From: Bryobacterales bacterium
GTDB taxonomy: Bacteria; Acidobacteriota; Terriglobia; Bryobacterales; UBA6623
Length of the DNA stretch: 64,000 nt
Direction: 5' to 3'
Assembly (NCBI GenBank): GCA_963422375.2
Contig: OY729427.2
Coordinates: 320,001 to 384,000, forward strand
Shown: in pieces, positions 1-10,579 of the stretch
Layout: each line of letters begins with the position of its first letter
Position numbering within the stretch: position 1 is the stretch's first letter
Notes under the pieces: generated by a model
What the model was told of the DNA's origin: nothing
What the model saw: only the letters and a program-made list of their open reading frames with translations
The model's database searches: none
Made by a program: the position numbers and the translations under genes

Positions 1-315
1 CAATTTCGTGTGCTTCCTTTCTGATGGTCAGATTCGGCACCGCAGGGACGCCTTCGACCCTTGTATCGTTGCAATTCTTTCGGCGTTTGTCAATCGCGAG
101 GAACTATTGTCTTTCCACCGGGGCGACGATTCTCCCTGTCGACAGCGAGGAGCATGACCGGAAGCGGGCTGCGGGCGCTAGGCACGTTACCTTGGGGCCA
201 GCCTGCAGCAGCTCCGTCCAGGGTGCGCCGGGCTAGGTCGCGACACCCCATAGGCATGACGGGGACGACCCGACACCCGGTACTCGCCCAGCTTGCCTGC
301 GCGGGGTGCCCTCGG

Positions 316-1233
316 ATGATGACGAACCCGGACCGGCCGGCCAGCGCCCGGTCACCTTGGAAGTTCGCCATCGGACTGAACGGCTTCGGGTCGTCCGAGC
401 CCCATCACGGCAAGCGCTACGTCTACGAGGAAATCCTAGGATTCGCCCGCATCGAGGCCTTCGCGGGTATCGAGCTCTGGCGGAACTGGCGAGCGGGCTT
501 TCGGGACCCGTGCAACGACCAGGCCATGCTGACGTCGCGACGCAAGATCGAGTCGTACGGGCTGCAGGTGTTCTCGATCCAAGCCGGAGCGTCGGGAGTC
601 AACCCGGAATCGGACAACCCAGCGGAGCGGGCCGAGTACGAGAGCCGGCTCAAGCGGCAGGTCGACCTAGCAGCCAAGTTCGGATGCGACGCGATGGGGC
701 CGTAGTCGGCCGGGCGGCAGCCCGCGCATCTGGACGAAGACGGCCTGATCGAGCGATTCGCCGACGTGGTCCGCCCGGTCGCGCGCCGCGCAGGTGAGAG
801 CAGCATCGTCCTCGCGATCGAGGGCGAGCCTGCGATGCCGATCAATTCCCCTGCCCGCTACCGCAAGCTGTTCGACGCGGTCGGCCTGCGCGAGTTCAAG
901 GCCATCTTCGATCCAGCGCACTTCGACGTGCTCAATGGCTTACACAGGCACCTGGAGGACCTGCTGCTCGAACCGGGCGCGAGCCGGATCGGCTACGTGC
1001 AGTTCTGCGACGGGGTTCCACGCCACAGCCTATCCCGAACGGCGGGACCGGTACCTCGAGGCACCTGCCCTGCGGCGACGGCGTCTACGACTTATCCGAA
1101 GCCCTACTCGATCCTGTACGAGGGCGGCATTCGCGGCTGCTTCCAAGTGGACAGCTGGGGCACGGAGGACGCGTACCGGACCTCCAAGTCGTGCCTTGAC
1201 GCCGTCCGGGGCCACTTGCGCGACGCCGCCTAA
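316..1233 (+). pseudogene. Sugar phosphate isomerase/epimerase (xylose isomerase-like TIM barrel), disrupted
   Basis: ORFs 61..705 and 766..1233 share a frame and are separated by an in-frame TAG at 703-705. Family-like motifs LAIEGEP and IFDPAHF are present. The segment HLPCGDGVYD is in another frame (~1013-1105), implying two compensating frameshifts. Confidence 0.7.
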
Positions 1234-1294
1234 GACCCTGCCTCGAGGGCATTGCGCAAGCGAATGCAGCCACTGGATTCCCTTCTCGGGAGGA

Positions 1295-1373
1295 TGGTAG
1301 GCCCGAGCGGACTCGAACCGCTGACCTCTACCGTGTCAAGGTAGCGCTCTAACCAGAACTGAGCTACGGGCCT
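1295..1373 (-). tRNA. tRNA-Val (anticodon GAC)
   Basis: Reverse complement folds as a cloverleaf: acceptor AGGCCCG/CGGGCCT, D arm GCTC..GAGC, anticodon arm CTACC-TTGACAC-GGTAG, T loop GGTTCGAGTCC, encoded CCA end. Confidence 0.97.
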
Positions 1374-1584
1374 GCAAGCCACCTGGCGCGAGCGCGCCAC
1401 CAAATGCCAAGCAGCGGCCGGCAGGCGTATCGGCTGCGTCCCTTGGATCATAGCACACCGCCGAAGAGCACCTCCGGCAGTGCATCCCCAAGCGAGGGAC
1501 CCCGGCTGACCCGAGACCCGCTGTATTGTATCTTGGATCGGGCGAGCCGCCACTTGCCCGCGACGAGCGGCCGGCCCGAATCCG

Positions 1585-2445
1585 ATGAGACCCAGAACGC
1601 TTCCACGCGCCGGCAAGGCCGCCTACCGCTCCGCATTCCTGATCGTGCTGGCAGCCGCCACCGCCGACGCCGCGCCCATCCCGGCTGACGCCGAAGGGTC
1701 CGTCGCCGCTCTCGACAATTCGCCGCGGCACGGTGAATGGGTCGACATCACGGAAGGCCGCGCGCAGTCGGGCCGCTGGGGCGACACCGTCCGCACCTGG
1801 GTTTCCTACCCGGAGCGGGCGACCCGCGCTCCCGTGGTGGTAGTGATCCACGAGATCTTCGGCCTGACCGATTGGATACGGGCGGTGGCCGACCAGCTAG
1901 CTGCCGAGGGCTTCATCGCCCTCGCGCCCGACTTGCTCTCGGGCATGGGGCCGGACGGCAGCGGGACCCCGCCCGAACGGCAGCAAGCCGTCGCCTTGGT
2001 GCGGTCGCTGCGCGTCGAGGACTCGACCCGCCGCCTGAGCGCGGTGGCGCGGTACGGTGTCTCGCTTCCCGCCTCCAACGGGCGCTTCGGCGCGGTCGGA
2101 TTTTGCTGGGGAGGCAGCGCGAGCTTCCAGTTCGCCGCCAACGAGAGCGACCTAGGGGCGGCCGTGGTCTACTACGGCAGCTCACCCTCCCGCGAGATGC
2201 TAGGCCGGATCCGCGCACCCGTCCTCGGCCTGTACGGGGGCGACGACGCTCGCGTGAACGCGACGATCCCGCCCGCGGTGCGCGAAATGCGCCGGCTCGG
2301 CAAGTCCTTCGTGCCGCACCGGTTCAATGGAGCGGGGCACGGTTTCCTGCGACAGCAGACCGGGCGCGAGAGCGCGAACCTAGCCGCTGCGAAGCTCGCT
2401 TGGCCTAGGACGGTGGACTTCTTCCGCGAGCATCTCGAGCAATGA
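1585..2445 (+). CDS. Dienelactone hydrolase family protein (carboxymethylenebutenolidase-like), signal peptide
   Basis: Motifs IHEIFGL, GFCWGG (nucleophile Cys) and GAGHGF (catalytic His). Confidence 0.88.
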   Translation: MRPRTLPRAGKAAYRSAFLIVLAAATADAAPIPADAEGSVAALDNSPRHGEWVDITEGRAQSGRWGDTVRTWVSYPERATRAPVVVVIHEIFGLTDWIRAVADQLAAEGFIALAPDLLSGMGPDGSGTPPERQQAVALVRSLRVEDSTRRLSAVARYGVSLPASNGRFGAVGFCWGGSASFQFAANESDLGAAVVYYGSSPSREMLGRIRAPVLGLYGGDDARVNATIPPAVREMRRLGKSFVPHRFNGAGHGFLRQQTGRESANLAAAKLAWPRTVDFFREHLEQ

Positions 2446-2504
2446 ACTCGCCGGCGGCTTGCGTGGCGCCGCCCCGGCGGTATGATGCTGCCAGGTGCCT
2501 TCGG

Positions 2505-3729
2505 ATGACTCGCCTGACCCCGCTCCTGCTGCTAGCCGCCTCGCTGGCCGCGGCGCAATCCCCTCCGTGCATGGCCGACGCCTTTCTCGACGTGTCCGAC
2601 TCGCCGGGCGCGGGCCCGGAATACGCCCGGCCCCGGGTGGAGGCCGCCTGCGAGGGGAACGAGCTGGTGGTGCGATCCAACGGAATCCCGCATTACGAGT
2701 TCGTGCAAATCACGCCCAACCCGCTCTTGGAAGTGGACTACGAAGTCCGTCTGCCCGCTAGGCCCGCGGTCAATGCCGCACCGACCCCGATTCCGCTGCT
2801 CGGGGGTATCGGCGTGGCGGTGAACGGAATCGTGATCTTCGGACCGAACGAAGGGCCCGTGCCGACCGAGGAGCAGTTCGGCGATCCGATCTACAACTCG
2901 ATCATGGACGCCTGCATGGGCCACACGGCCCGCGAGTACCACTACCACGCGCTGGTGCAGCGATGCCTGAGCCAGGGCGTCAAGGACGGCCAGCCGTCGC
3001 CCGTGCTCGGATTCGCGTACGACGGCATCCCGATACGCGGCCCTTGGGGCTGCGCAGATGCCGGCTGCGAAGAAGTTGTCCGGTACCGCAGTTCCTGGGA
3101 ACGGGTGCGCGAGCCGCATCAGGACGCCTGGGACGCTTACGACCACGTGGAGAGGGACGATCCCGAGTACCTTGACGCCTGCAACGGCCACACTGGCCCG
3201 GACGGGGAGTATCACTACCACGCAACGGAAACGTGGCCCTACATTCTGGGCTGCTACGCCGGAACGCCGGTCGCTCGGACCGGTCGGGGCCGTCGGCCGC
3301 CAGCCGTCAGTGAGGCCGGCCCCGGTCCCGGCAGAGGACCGGGGCGAGAGGCAGGCCGCGCGGGCGCGCCCCGGCGGCCGCGCGGCGGGCCCGGCCCGCC
3401 CGAGCGAGGACGAGGTTGCGACGGCGGCACAGACTCTCGGCACGAGCTCGGAGAATGTGACCAAGGCCCTGAGGGCAGAACCGGGCAGCATAAAGCCGCA
3501 GAACATCGATGCCTCCGCCCGGACGCTGCAGGTCGAAACGGGTCGGCTGCTGGAAGCGCTGGAGCGCAGGCAGGCACCGAGGCGCCCGCGCCAGAACCAA
3601 GCGCCGCCGGGCGAGCCGGAGTGCTTCTTCCGATGCGGGCAGAGCGAGGAAGACGCCGTCGGATGCACGCTGACCCCGGAGCACAAGGTCGTCTGCTTCC
3701 GGCCGTGCGACGACAACAAGTGCGGCTAG
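2505..3729 (+). CDS. Secreted YHYH-domain protein with a +1 frameshift before its C-terminal helical/Cys-rich tail
   Basis: Signal peptide MTRLTPLLLLAASLAAA. Motifs SNGIPH, EYHYH (twice), GFAYDGIPIRGP and LDACNGH. The coding-like tail (SEDEVATAAQTLG...CFFRC...CFRPCDDNKCG*) is in the +1 frame (ORF 3058..3729). Confidence 0.75.
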
Positions 3730-4883
3730 CTAGGACGTCGCTCCTAGCTGCGGGCGTCCTAGCAGCCATCGCAGCGTGGCCGCAGGATCCCGCGCCTCCG
3801 CGGGGGGACCACTCGCGGCATCCGGTCCTGGACGTGCCGGAAGGGCTTCCCGTGCCGTCGGTCTCGGTGCGAGTGTACCCGGACGCGATGGACGGGTTCA
3901 ACGTGCTGTTGGAGACTACCGACTTCCGCTTCGCGCCCGAGAGCGTGGGGCAGCCTGCTGTCGCGAACGCGGGCCACGCGCACCTCTATGTCAACGGAGA
4001 GAAGGCAGCCCGGCTGTACGCCCCCTGGCACCACCTGTCCGGCAAGTTGCTCCGCGACGGCGTCAACCGGCTCGAGGTCGAGCTCAGCGCCAACGACCAC
4101 TCTGTGTGGGGGGCGGCTGGCGAGCCCGTCGGCGCGGACCTGCTGATCGACACGCACGACGCGGACGGCGACCCGGTCGTCCGCGAGGAGGTTCGCTACA
4201 CGCTCGACTGGGACTGGGGCAGCGCCCTCAGGCACCCCGCTGGCGGCTGGACGGCGCAAACCGACCTAGGGTACTCCGTTCACGTGACGGCCGGCCAGCT
4301 CGTGACGAGGAATCTGGAACTGGTCCCGTGCCACGCGGTGCCGGTGTCTCCGGCCCTTGCCTCGCTGCTTCGGTGGGCAGCCCCGCGGGAGGCTTTGGCA
4401 GGCCACAGCAGCCTCGTACCGAACGAGTCGAAGATCTCGCGGTCATTCGCGGAGGACCTCGCCGCCCCGCAGGCCGCGTTCCTAGAGAGCCGCGTCGTCA
4501 CCGATCCCGAATACTGCCGGGGGCACTACCTGGTCGCACGGCCCAAGGGATCGCCCCCCGGGGAGTTCGCCCTGGCGGTCGAGGGCACTTGGACCCGAGC
4601 CGGCGTAGATGGGCCTGCTACGTTCCGCATCGAGTCGGCGGGTGCGTACGGCAAGTTTCTCGCGCTCTCGACGGAATCCGGCACCGCTCTTGACCGCAGG
4701 TGGATCGTGGGGGGCCTTGACCTGACCCTGCGCCGCGCGCTCGCGACCATGTTCGACGGCATGGAATTCGACGGCGGGCGGACGTCCGAACTCGGCTCGC
4801 GCGCCATGCGAAACCTAGTGCGTGGAGCCGCACTCGTCGTCGGGGCCAGAGGATCGGAACAGGCGTCCTCCGAGCGTCCGTGA
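3720..4883 (+). CDS. Secreted hypothetical protein with GHAHLYVNG / ANDH His motifs (putative metal-binding) and a second uncharacterised domain
   Basis: GTG at 3720 starts a signal-peptide-like stretch (VRLARTSLLAAGVLAAIAAW). This is the 3' half of ORF 2442..4883 and overlaps the stop of the YHYH tail. Confidence 0.65.
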   Translation: MRLARTSLLAAGVLAAIAAWPQDPAPPRGDHSRHPVLDVPEGLPVPSVSVRVYPDAMDGFNVLLETTDFRFAPESVGQPAVANAGHAHLYVNGEKAARLYAPWHHLSGKLLRDGVNRLEVELSANDHSVWGAAGEPVGADLLIDTHDADGDPVVREEVRYTLDWDWGSALRHPAGGWTAQTDLGYSVHVTAGQLVTRNLELVPCHAVPVSPALASLLRWAAPREALAGHSSLVPNESKISRSFAEDLAAPQAAFLESRVVTDPEYCRGHYLVARPKGSPPGEFALAVEGTWTRAGVDGPATFRIESAGAYGKFLALSTESGTALDRRWIVGGLDLTLRRALATMFDGMEFDGGRTSELGSRAMRNLVRGAALVVGARGSEQASSERP

Positions 4884-5059
4884 GCGTCGTCGGACGCCGA
4901 AGCGGGCGGCAGCGGGCCGGCGATGACCGCGGCAAGGGCTGGCCGCGGGGCGCGAGCCGGCACCCACCGGGGTGACCTCGCGCCACGCGGGACCCTCCGA
5001 GATCAGCCCGGACTCGGGGCGGTCTCGGCAACATCGGGAGAGGCCTCGACGACCAAGAG

Positions 5060-6668
5060 CTGGTTGAACGCCTCGCGGTTCTTCCGGAATAAGCAGTTTC
5101 AGTTTCCGCCTGACCGCCCCGGACTCGGCCAGCTCTCCTTGCAGCAGGGATTCCTTCGGACTGCTCTGAGCGCGAACGGCACCTTCCCTGCCCCACTTCC
5201 AGAGCGAGCCAAGCATGCGCCAAGACAGCAGATTTCGGCAGGCATAGGCCTTGCTCGCACATCGGGCCGAAGGCGTGTTGCGCGACCGCATCGCTTCCCG
5301 CCGCTGCTTGGTGGAACAATTCCCTAGCCCGGTCGAAGTCGGCCGGTACGCCATCGTCCTCGATGTGCAGGACGCCTAGGAAGCGCTGGGCATCCATACG
5401 GCCTTGCTCGGTCGCCTTCCTAAACCAAGTACCGGCCTGTTCGGCGTCCCTCGGAACACCCCGGCCCACTTCGAACCTGTATCCAAGGATGTGCTGCGCA
5501 GATGCCTTCCCCGTTCGCCTGCCGCCGTGCCGCAGCTTCAGGCGCATACCACTCGATTCCAACGCCATGCTCGTTCAACAGGTCCAAGGAGCGCTGTGCT
5601 TCTGGATGGCCCTTGTCCGCGGCCTTGCGCAACCAGAGTGCCGCTCTCTCGTGATCCCTCGGGACGCCCGTGCCCCTTCGGCAGCACATCCCCATGCCGT
5701 ACTGCCCTAGTCCGTACTCCTGGTCGGCCGCCTTGCGGTACCCTTCGGCGGCCTTGCGGAGGTTCTGACGGACGTGCGTGCCTTCTGGGAGCAGGGCACC
5801 GAGAGCGACATAGGCCGGCGCCCGGTCCTGATTGGCTGCCTTGACTATCCACGCCTTGCCTGGGCAGGGCCCCTCGACACTCCCTCGCCCTCGAGATAGG
5901 ACTTCCCGAGGTTGTGCTGGCCCATGGGCACGTCCGGATCGGCCGCCCTGCGGTACCATGCCGCCTCCTCGTCAACGTCCCGGGCGATTCCCAAGCCCTT
6001 CGCGTGCAGCCAGCCCAGCATGTCGCGGGCGAGACCGTTCTCCTGGCGGGCTGCCTAGAGGAACCAAGTCGCGGCTTGCTTGTAGTCCTTGGGCAGGCCG
6101 TCGCCCTCGAAATATTGCGTGCCTTCTGGGAGCAGGGCACCGAGAGCGACATAGGCCGGCGCCCGGTCCTGATTGGCTGCCTTGACTATCCACGCCTTGC
6201 CTGGGCAGGGCCCCTCGACACTCCCTCGCCCTCGAGATAGGACTTCCCGAGGTTGTGCTGGCCCATGGGCACGTCCGGATCGGCCGCCCTGCGGTACCAT
6301 GCCGCCTCCTCGTCAACGTCCCGGGCGATTCCCAAGCCCTTCGCGTGCAGCCAGCCCAGCATGTCGCGGGCGAGACCGTTCTCCTGGCGGGCTGCCTAGA
6401 GGAACCAAGTCGCGGCTTGCTTGTAGTCCTTGGGCAGGCCGTCGCCCTCGAAATATTGAATCCCCAAGTTGTACTGGGACGGCGCGTGTCCCTGCTCCGC
6501 CGCCTGGCGGCACCAAGCAGCGGCCAGCGAGGAGTCCTGGGACACTCCCATGCCGACATGCAGCAGCTTCGCCAATTCGAACTGAGCCTCGGGATCGCCC
6601 CCTTGGCCATGGCCCGCAATTCCCGCAACCCGCCGACGCGAATTGGAGCGACGTATCCCCGCCTTCAC
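5060..6668 (-). pseudogene. Sel1-like (TPR) repeat protein, multiply disrupted
   Basis: Sel1 units are spread over several frames (GDPEAQFELAKLLHVGMGVSQD, GHAPSQYNLGIQYFEGDGLPKDYKQAATWF, AQHILGYRFEVGRGVPRDAEQAGTWFRKATEQG). There are in-frame TAG stops, frameshifts and an out-of-frame duplication. Ends are approximate. Confidence 0.85.
5775..6458. repeat. Direct tandem duplication, 341-bp unit, two copies
   Basis: 5775-6117 matches 6116-6458 (offset 341). The duplicated ORF starts 5832/6173 and 5914/6255 show the same offset. There is 2-bp TG microhomology at the junction. Confidence 0.93.
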
Positions 6669-7002
6669 CGATCCCTCCTTCGCGCCAGCAAGCGATGCGC
6701 CTACCCCTAGGAAGCCGCCGCCCGGGACCCAGCGCGACCGGTACGTTCATCGTCACGAGCGGCCCGCCGACCCGCGGGGATTCCGCACGCACTTGCGACC
6801 GGTTCCCTTCCAAGGACCTCAGTCGCTGGGAGCCGCAGGCCGGGCAGCCGGCCGGGACTATCCCGGCACACTTCCTTGAGTCGCGCGAACACCGCCAGAT
6901 CGCTCCGCAACCGGTCCCCCGAGCCCCGGGCCGCTGCGAGGAGACCCGTGCCGCCTTCGCGGCAGCGGGCGACATCTCCCCGGCATGCTACGTTGTACGG
7001 CT

Positions 7003-8448
7003 ATGAAAACCCGAAGAGCGTGGCCCGCGGTACTGGCGCTTGTCGCGGCGGCCGTGCCGGCGCTCGCGACGGGCAGGCCGAACATCGTGCTAGCGATCGC
7101 GGACGACTGGGGCTGGCCCCATGCCAGCGCCTACGGCGACAAGGGCGTCAGCACGCCCGCGTTCGACCGGCTCGCACGCGAGGGCGTCCTGCTCGAGAAC
7201 GCCTACATCTCGTCGCCGTCCTGCACGCCAAGCCGCGGCGCGATCATCACCGGGCAGCAATTCTGGCGCCTCGGACCGGCGGGGAACCTGTGGAGCGTCT
7301 GGCCGTCGACGTTTCCGGAATACCCGAAGCTTCTCGCGGCCGAGGGCTACTTCGTGGGCAGCTACCGCAAGGGCTGGGGCCCGGGCACCTATCCGGACAC
7401 CGCAGTCAGCCCCGCCGGCAAGATCTACGAGAGCGTGGAGGCGTTCTTCGAGGCGCGCCCGGCCGGCCAGCCGTTCTGCTTCTGGTTCGGCGCGAGCGAC
7501 CCTCACCGCCCGTACCGGAAGGGCTCGGGCGCGCGGAGCGGCGTCAATCTCGGCGACGTGCATCTGTTCGAGCACTACCCCGATGCCGAGGAGATTCGCA
7601 GCGACGTCGCCGACTACTATTTCGAGGTCCAGCGCTTCGACCGTGACGTAGGCGAGCTGCTCGACTTGCTGGAGCAGACGGGGGAGCTCGACAACACGCT
7701 GATCCTGATGACCGGGGATCACGGGATGCCCTTCCCGCGCGGCAAGGGGAACCTGTACGACTCCGGCGCTCGCGTACCCATGGCCGTGCGCTGGGGCGAC
7801 CAGGTGCCCGGCGGCCGCTCCGTGACGGACTTCGTCTCCACCACGGACATCGCGCCGACTTTCCTTGACGCGGCGGGCCTCCCCGTTCCGCCGGCGATGA
7901 CCGGTCGCTCGCTGCTGCCGGTTCTGTCTTCGGAAAAGTCGGGACGCGTCTCGCCGGACCGGGACCACGCACTGTTCGGCAGGGAGCGGCACGTGATCGC
8001 GCAGGAGGCTCCCGAACTCGGCGGCTACCCCTCCCGCGGCATCCGCACGGACGAGTTCCTCTACATCCGTAACTACGAGCCCGACCGCTGGCCGGCCGGC
8101 ACGCCCGACTACAAGAAGGCGCAGGAGCCGAACGCTTGGCTGGCTGACTGCGACAACGGCCCGACCAAGTGGTTCCTCTGGGAACGTCGCCATGATCCCG
8201 CGATCAAGCGCTACTACGAGCTGGCATTCGGCAAGCGCCCGGCCGAGGAGCTCTACGACCTGAAGAAGGATCCCGGGCAGGTCTCGAACGTCGCCGGCGA
8301 CCGGACGTACCTAGCCGTGCGCAAGGCCCTGGCGGTCCGGCTGGCGAGCGGCCTGATCGCGACCGCGGACCCGAGGATCGATGGCCGCGGGGCCATGTTC
8401 GACTCGCAGCCCTATCTCGGCGGCGCTCCCACATTCCCCAGCCCTTGA
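7003..8448 (+). CDS. Cys-type sulfatase (N-sulfoglucosamine sulfohydrolase-like), signal peptide
   Basis: Motifs RPNIVLAIADDWG, SPSCTPSRG (CxPxR formylglycine motif), GDHGMP and EELYDL. Confidence 0.92.
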   Translation: MKTRRAWPAVLALVAAAVPALATGRPNIVLAIADDWGWPHASAYGDKGVSTPAFDRLAREGVLLENAYISSPSCTPSRGAIITGQQFWRLGPAGNLWSVWPSTFPEYPKLLAAEGYFVGSYRKGWGPGTYPDTAVSPAGKIYESVEAFFEARPAGQPFCFWFGASDPHRPYRKGSGARSGVNLGDVHLFEHYPDAEEIRSDVADYYFEVQRFDRDVGELLDLLEQTGELDNTLILMTGDHGMPFPRGKGNLYDSGARVPMAVRWGDQVPGGRSVTDFVSTTDIAPTFLDAAGLPVPPAMTGRSLLPVLSSEKSGRVSPDRDHALFGRERHVIAQEAPELGGYPSRGIRTDEFLYIRNYEPDRWPAGTPDYKKAQEPNAWLADCDNGPTKWFLWERRHDPAIKRYYELAFGKRPAEELYDLKKDPGQVSNVAGDRTYLAVRKALAVRLASGLIATADPRIDGRGAMFDSQPYLGGAPTFPSP

Positions 8449-8468
8449 AGCCCGGTCGGCACGCTCCC

Positions 8469-8496
8469 GCCCGCCGACCTGCGGCGGGCCTGTTTC
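8469..8496. terminator. Possible intrinsic terminator between the convergent sulfatase and MFS genes
   Basis: GCCCGCCG-acctg-CGGCGGGC 8-bp stem followed by CTGTTT. Confidence 0.35.
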
Positions 8497-9714
8497 CTAG
8501 ACGCCCTCCAGCCGCTTGGCCTTCCCGGGCAGGACGGCGATGCAGGCGGCGCCCGCAATGCCGATCGCGAATACGGCGGCCAGCGCCGCGTCGTAATCGC
8601 CGGCGCTGTCGTGCATGGCGCCGACGAAGAACGGCAGCGTAGCCTGACCCACCTGCCCGAACGGCCAGACAATTCCCATCACCCTCGCCAGCGAGCCCGT
8701 CCCGAACAGCTCGGCGGCCATCAAAGGAATCAGCATGTAGTTGGCGCCCAGGCCGAATCCGAAGGCCGCGCCGAATAGGAACGTCATCCAAGGCCGGTCG
8801 ATCACGTACAGCAGCGGCACCGGCAGCGAGACCAGCAGGTAGGCGGCGACCATCACCATCTTCTTGGGGTAGCGGTCCGCCAGCCAGCCCGTGATGACGC
8901 GGCCGGCCAGGCTCGACGCGAGGATGACGAACGTCGTGTCCGCCACCAGCCCAGCGGACAGGCCGGCGTCCAGGAACAGGAGCTTCATGTGCTGGTTGAC
9001 GGACCCGATCGCGGCGATGCTGAGGAACGATCCCACCGTCACGAGCCAGAAAGGCCCGAGCCGCAGAATCCGGCCGAAGGTCAGGGTCGCCGAGATCGCT
9101 TCCCGCGAGACCGCCGAGGCGGGCTCCGCGGCCAGCCCCTTGTCCTCGGGCCTGTCGCGCAGCAGGAAGAGCGCGACCGGCACCACCGAAAGGATTAGGA
9201 ATCCCATCACCTGCAGGGCGGCGCGCCAGCCGAATGCCTCGATCAGGGGCCCCGCGACGAACTTCTGCGACATCGCCCCGCCGAGCCCCAAGCCGAGGTA
9301 GGCGAGGCCCATGGCCTTGCCGCGGTTGCGGCTGAACCAGTTCGCCAGCAGGACCTGGCTCGGGACCGGGCCCGAATACACGAAACCCACCATGACTAGG
9401 CACCACGCCAGCCGGTAGAAGGCGAGGGAGCCCTGCATCAGCCCTAGGCAGTTGAAGGCCACGGCGAACGAGACCGCGCCGAAGACAATCAGCTTGCGGG
9501 GGCTGAAGCGGTACACCTGCAGGCCGCCCAGGGGCAGCACGAGCATGGTCGAGAGGAAAAATCCCGAGGTGGTCTCGGCGCGGTCCCAGCCGAATTCCGC
9601 GATGTAGTGGTCGTAGAAGAACGGCATGGCGTACATCGGCATGCCGACGGTCATCGCCAGAATGAAGAAGCACGAGCCGGCGACGACCCATCCGTAGTAA
9701 GGGCGTTTCGGCAT
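8497..9714 (-). CDS. MFS transporter (OFA/monocarboxylate-like)
   Basis: About 12 hydrophobic segments, N-terminal YYGWVVAG, NWFSRNRGKAMG and motif-A-like GWLADRYPKK. Confidence 0.9.
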   Translation of the reverse strand: MPKRPYYGWVVAGSCFFILAMTVGMPMYAMPFFYDHYIAEFGWDRAETTSGFFLSTMLVLPLGGLQVYRFSPRKLIVFGAVSFAVAFNCLGLMQGSLAFYRLAWCLVMVGFVYSGPVPSQVLLANWFSRNRGKAMGLAYLGLGLGGAMSQKFVAGPLIEAFGWRAALQVMGFLILSVVPVALFLLRDRPEDKGLAAEPASAVSREAISATLTFGRILRLGPFWLVTVGSFLSIAAIGSVNQHMKLLFLDAGLSAGLVADTTFVILASSLAGRVITGWLADRYPKKMVMVAAYLLVSLPVPLLYVIDRPWMTFLFGAAFGFGLGANYMLIPLMAAELFGTGSLARVMGIVWPFGQVGQATLPFFVGAMHDSAGDYDAALAAVFAIGIAGAACIAVLPGKAKRLEGV

Positions 9715-9797
9715 GGGAGCCCTTCGAGTCTAGCCCAGCCGGCCTTCGGACCGGACGGTAGACCGCCTCGCGGCTGCTGGCCGCGATTGCTGGCCTC

Positions 9798-10400
9798 TCA
9801 GGGCGCCCGTTCAGCCATCCGGGTCTCGGCCGCGGAGCGATCCAGCGCGGCCTGCGCCTGCAGCATGCGCATGAATTCCGGCATGTACAGATGCTGGTCG
9901 AACCAGCCCCGGCCGCTGACCATGTTGCCCGAACGCACGCAGCCCTCGTCGACGAACGTGGCGCCGCACACCTCGACGTCGAACCGGCACTTCGGAATCG
10001 TGGCCATGCGCTTGCCCGCGATGACGTTCGCGGTGGCGACGATTTCGGCTCCGTGGCAGACGACCGCCACGGGCTTGTCTTGCTCGAAGAAGTGCCGCAC
10101 GATGCGGATCAGGTCCTTGTCGTAGCGGATGTACTCGGGCGCCCGGCCGCCGGTGAGGAACAGCCCGTCGTAGCTTTCGGGACTCACGTCCCGGAACGCG
10201 ACCGTGGCTTCGAGATGGTAGCTCGGCTGCTCGCGGGTGATGTCCCATCCCGGCGGAATCTCGTGCATCACCAAGGGGTAGACGCGAGCCTCGGGTCCCG
10301 CGACGACCGCCTCGTAGCCGTCCTCCTGGACCCGGTACGCCGGGTAGAGGGTGTCCATCGCTTCGGCGGCGTCGCCGATGGTGATCAGTACCTTGGGCAT
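9798..10400 (-). CDS. DJ-1/PfpI family protein
   Basis: Start MPKVLITIGDAAEAMD (ATG at 10400), with LTGGRAPEY and AVVCHG (nucleophile Cys). Confidence 0.9.
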   Translation of the reverse strand: MPKVLITIGDAAEAMDTLYPAYRVQEDGYEAVVAGPEARVYPLVMHEIPPGWDITREQPSYHLEATVAFRDVSPESYDGLFLTGGRAPEYIRYDKDLIRIVRHFFEQDKPVAVVCHGAEIVATANVIAGKRMATIPKCRFDVEVCGATFVDEGCVRSGNMVSGRGWFDQHLYMPEFMRMLQAQAALDRSAAETRMAERAP

Positions 10401-10579
10401 GGGAAGGCCTCCTGGCGCTCGCGCCGGCACGACGCAGCGACATTGTGGCACATTCGCCGTCCGCGCCGCCTTCCAACCGCCGGGGCTGGCTCCCGGGAGG
10501 CCCGGCGGGCGGCTTCCCGGAGCCCGGCGCGCCGATTCGTGCGACACTATGCGCACCGAGGGAGCCGAGCGCACTTCGC

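Noticed and set aside
703..705. In-frame TAG as possible pyrrolysine or stop read-through
   Set aside because: The same gene has additional frameshifts and no pyl genes are in the window. Simple TGG-to-TAG decay is more likely.
2442..4883. Single 813-aa protein
   Set aside because: The middle is low-complexity shadow-frame sequence and contains an internal signal peptide. It is better explained as two genes joined by a frameshift.
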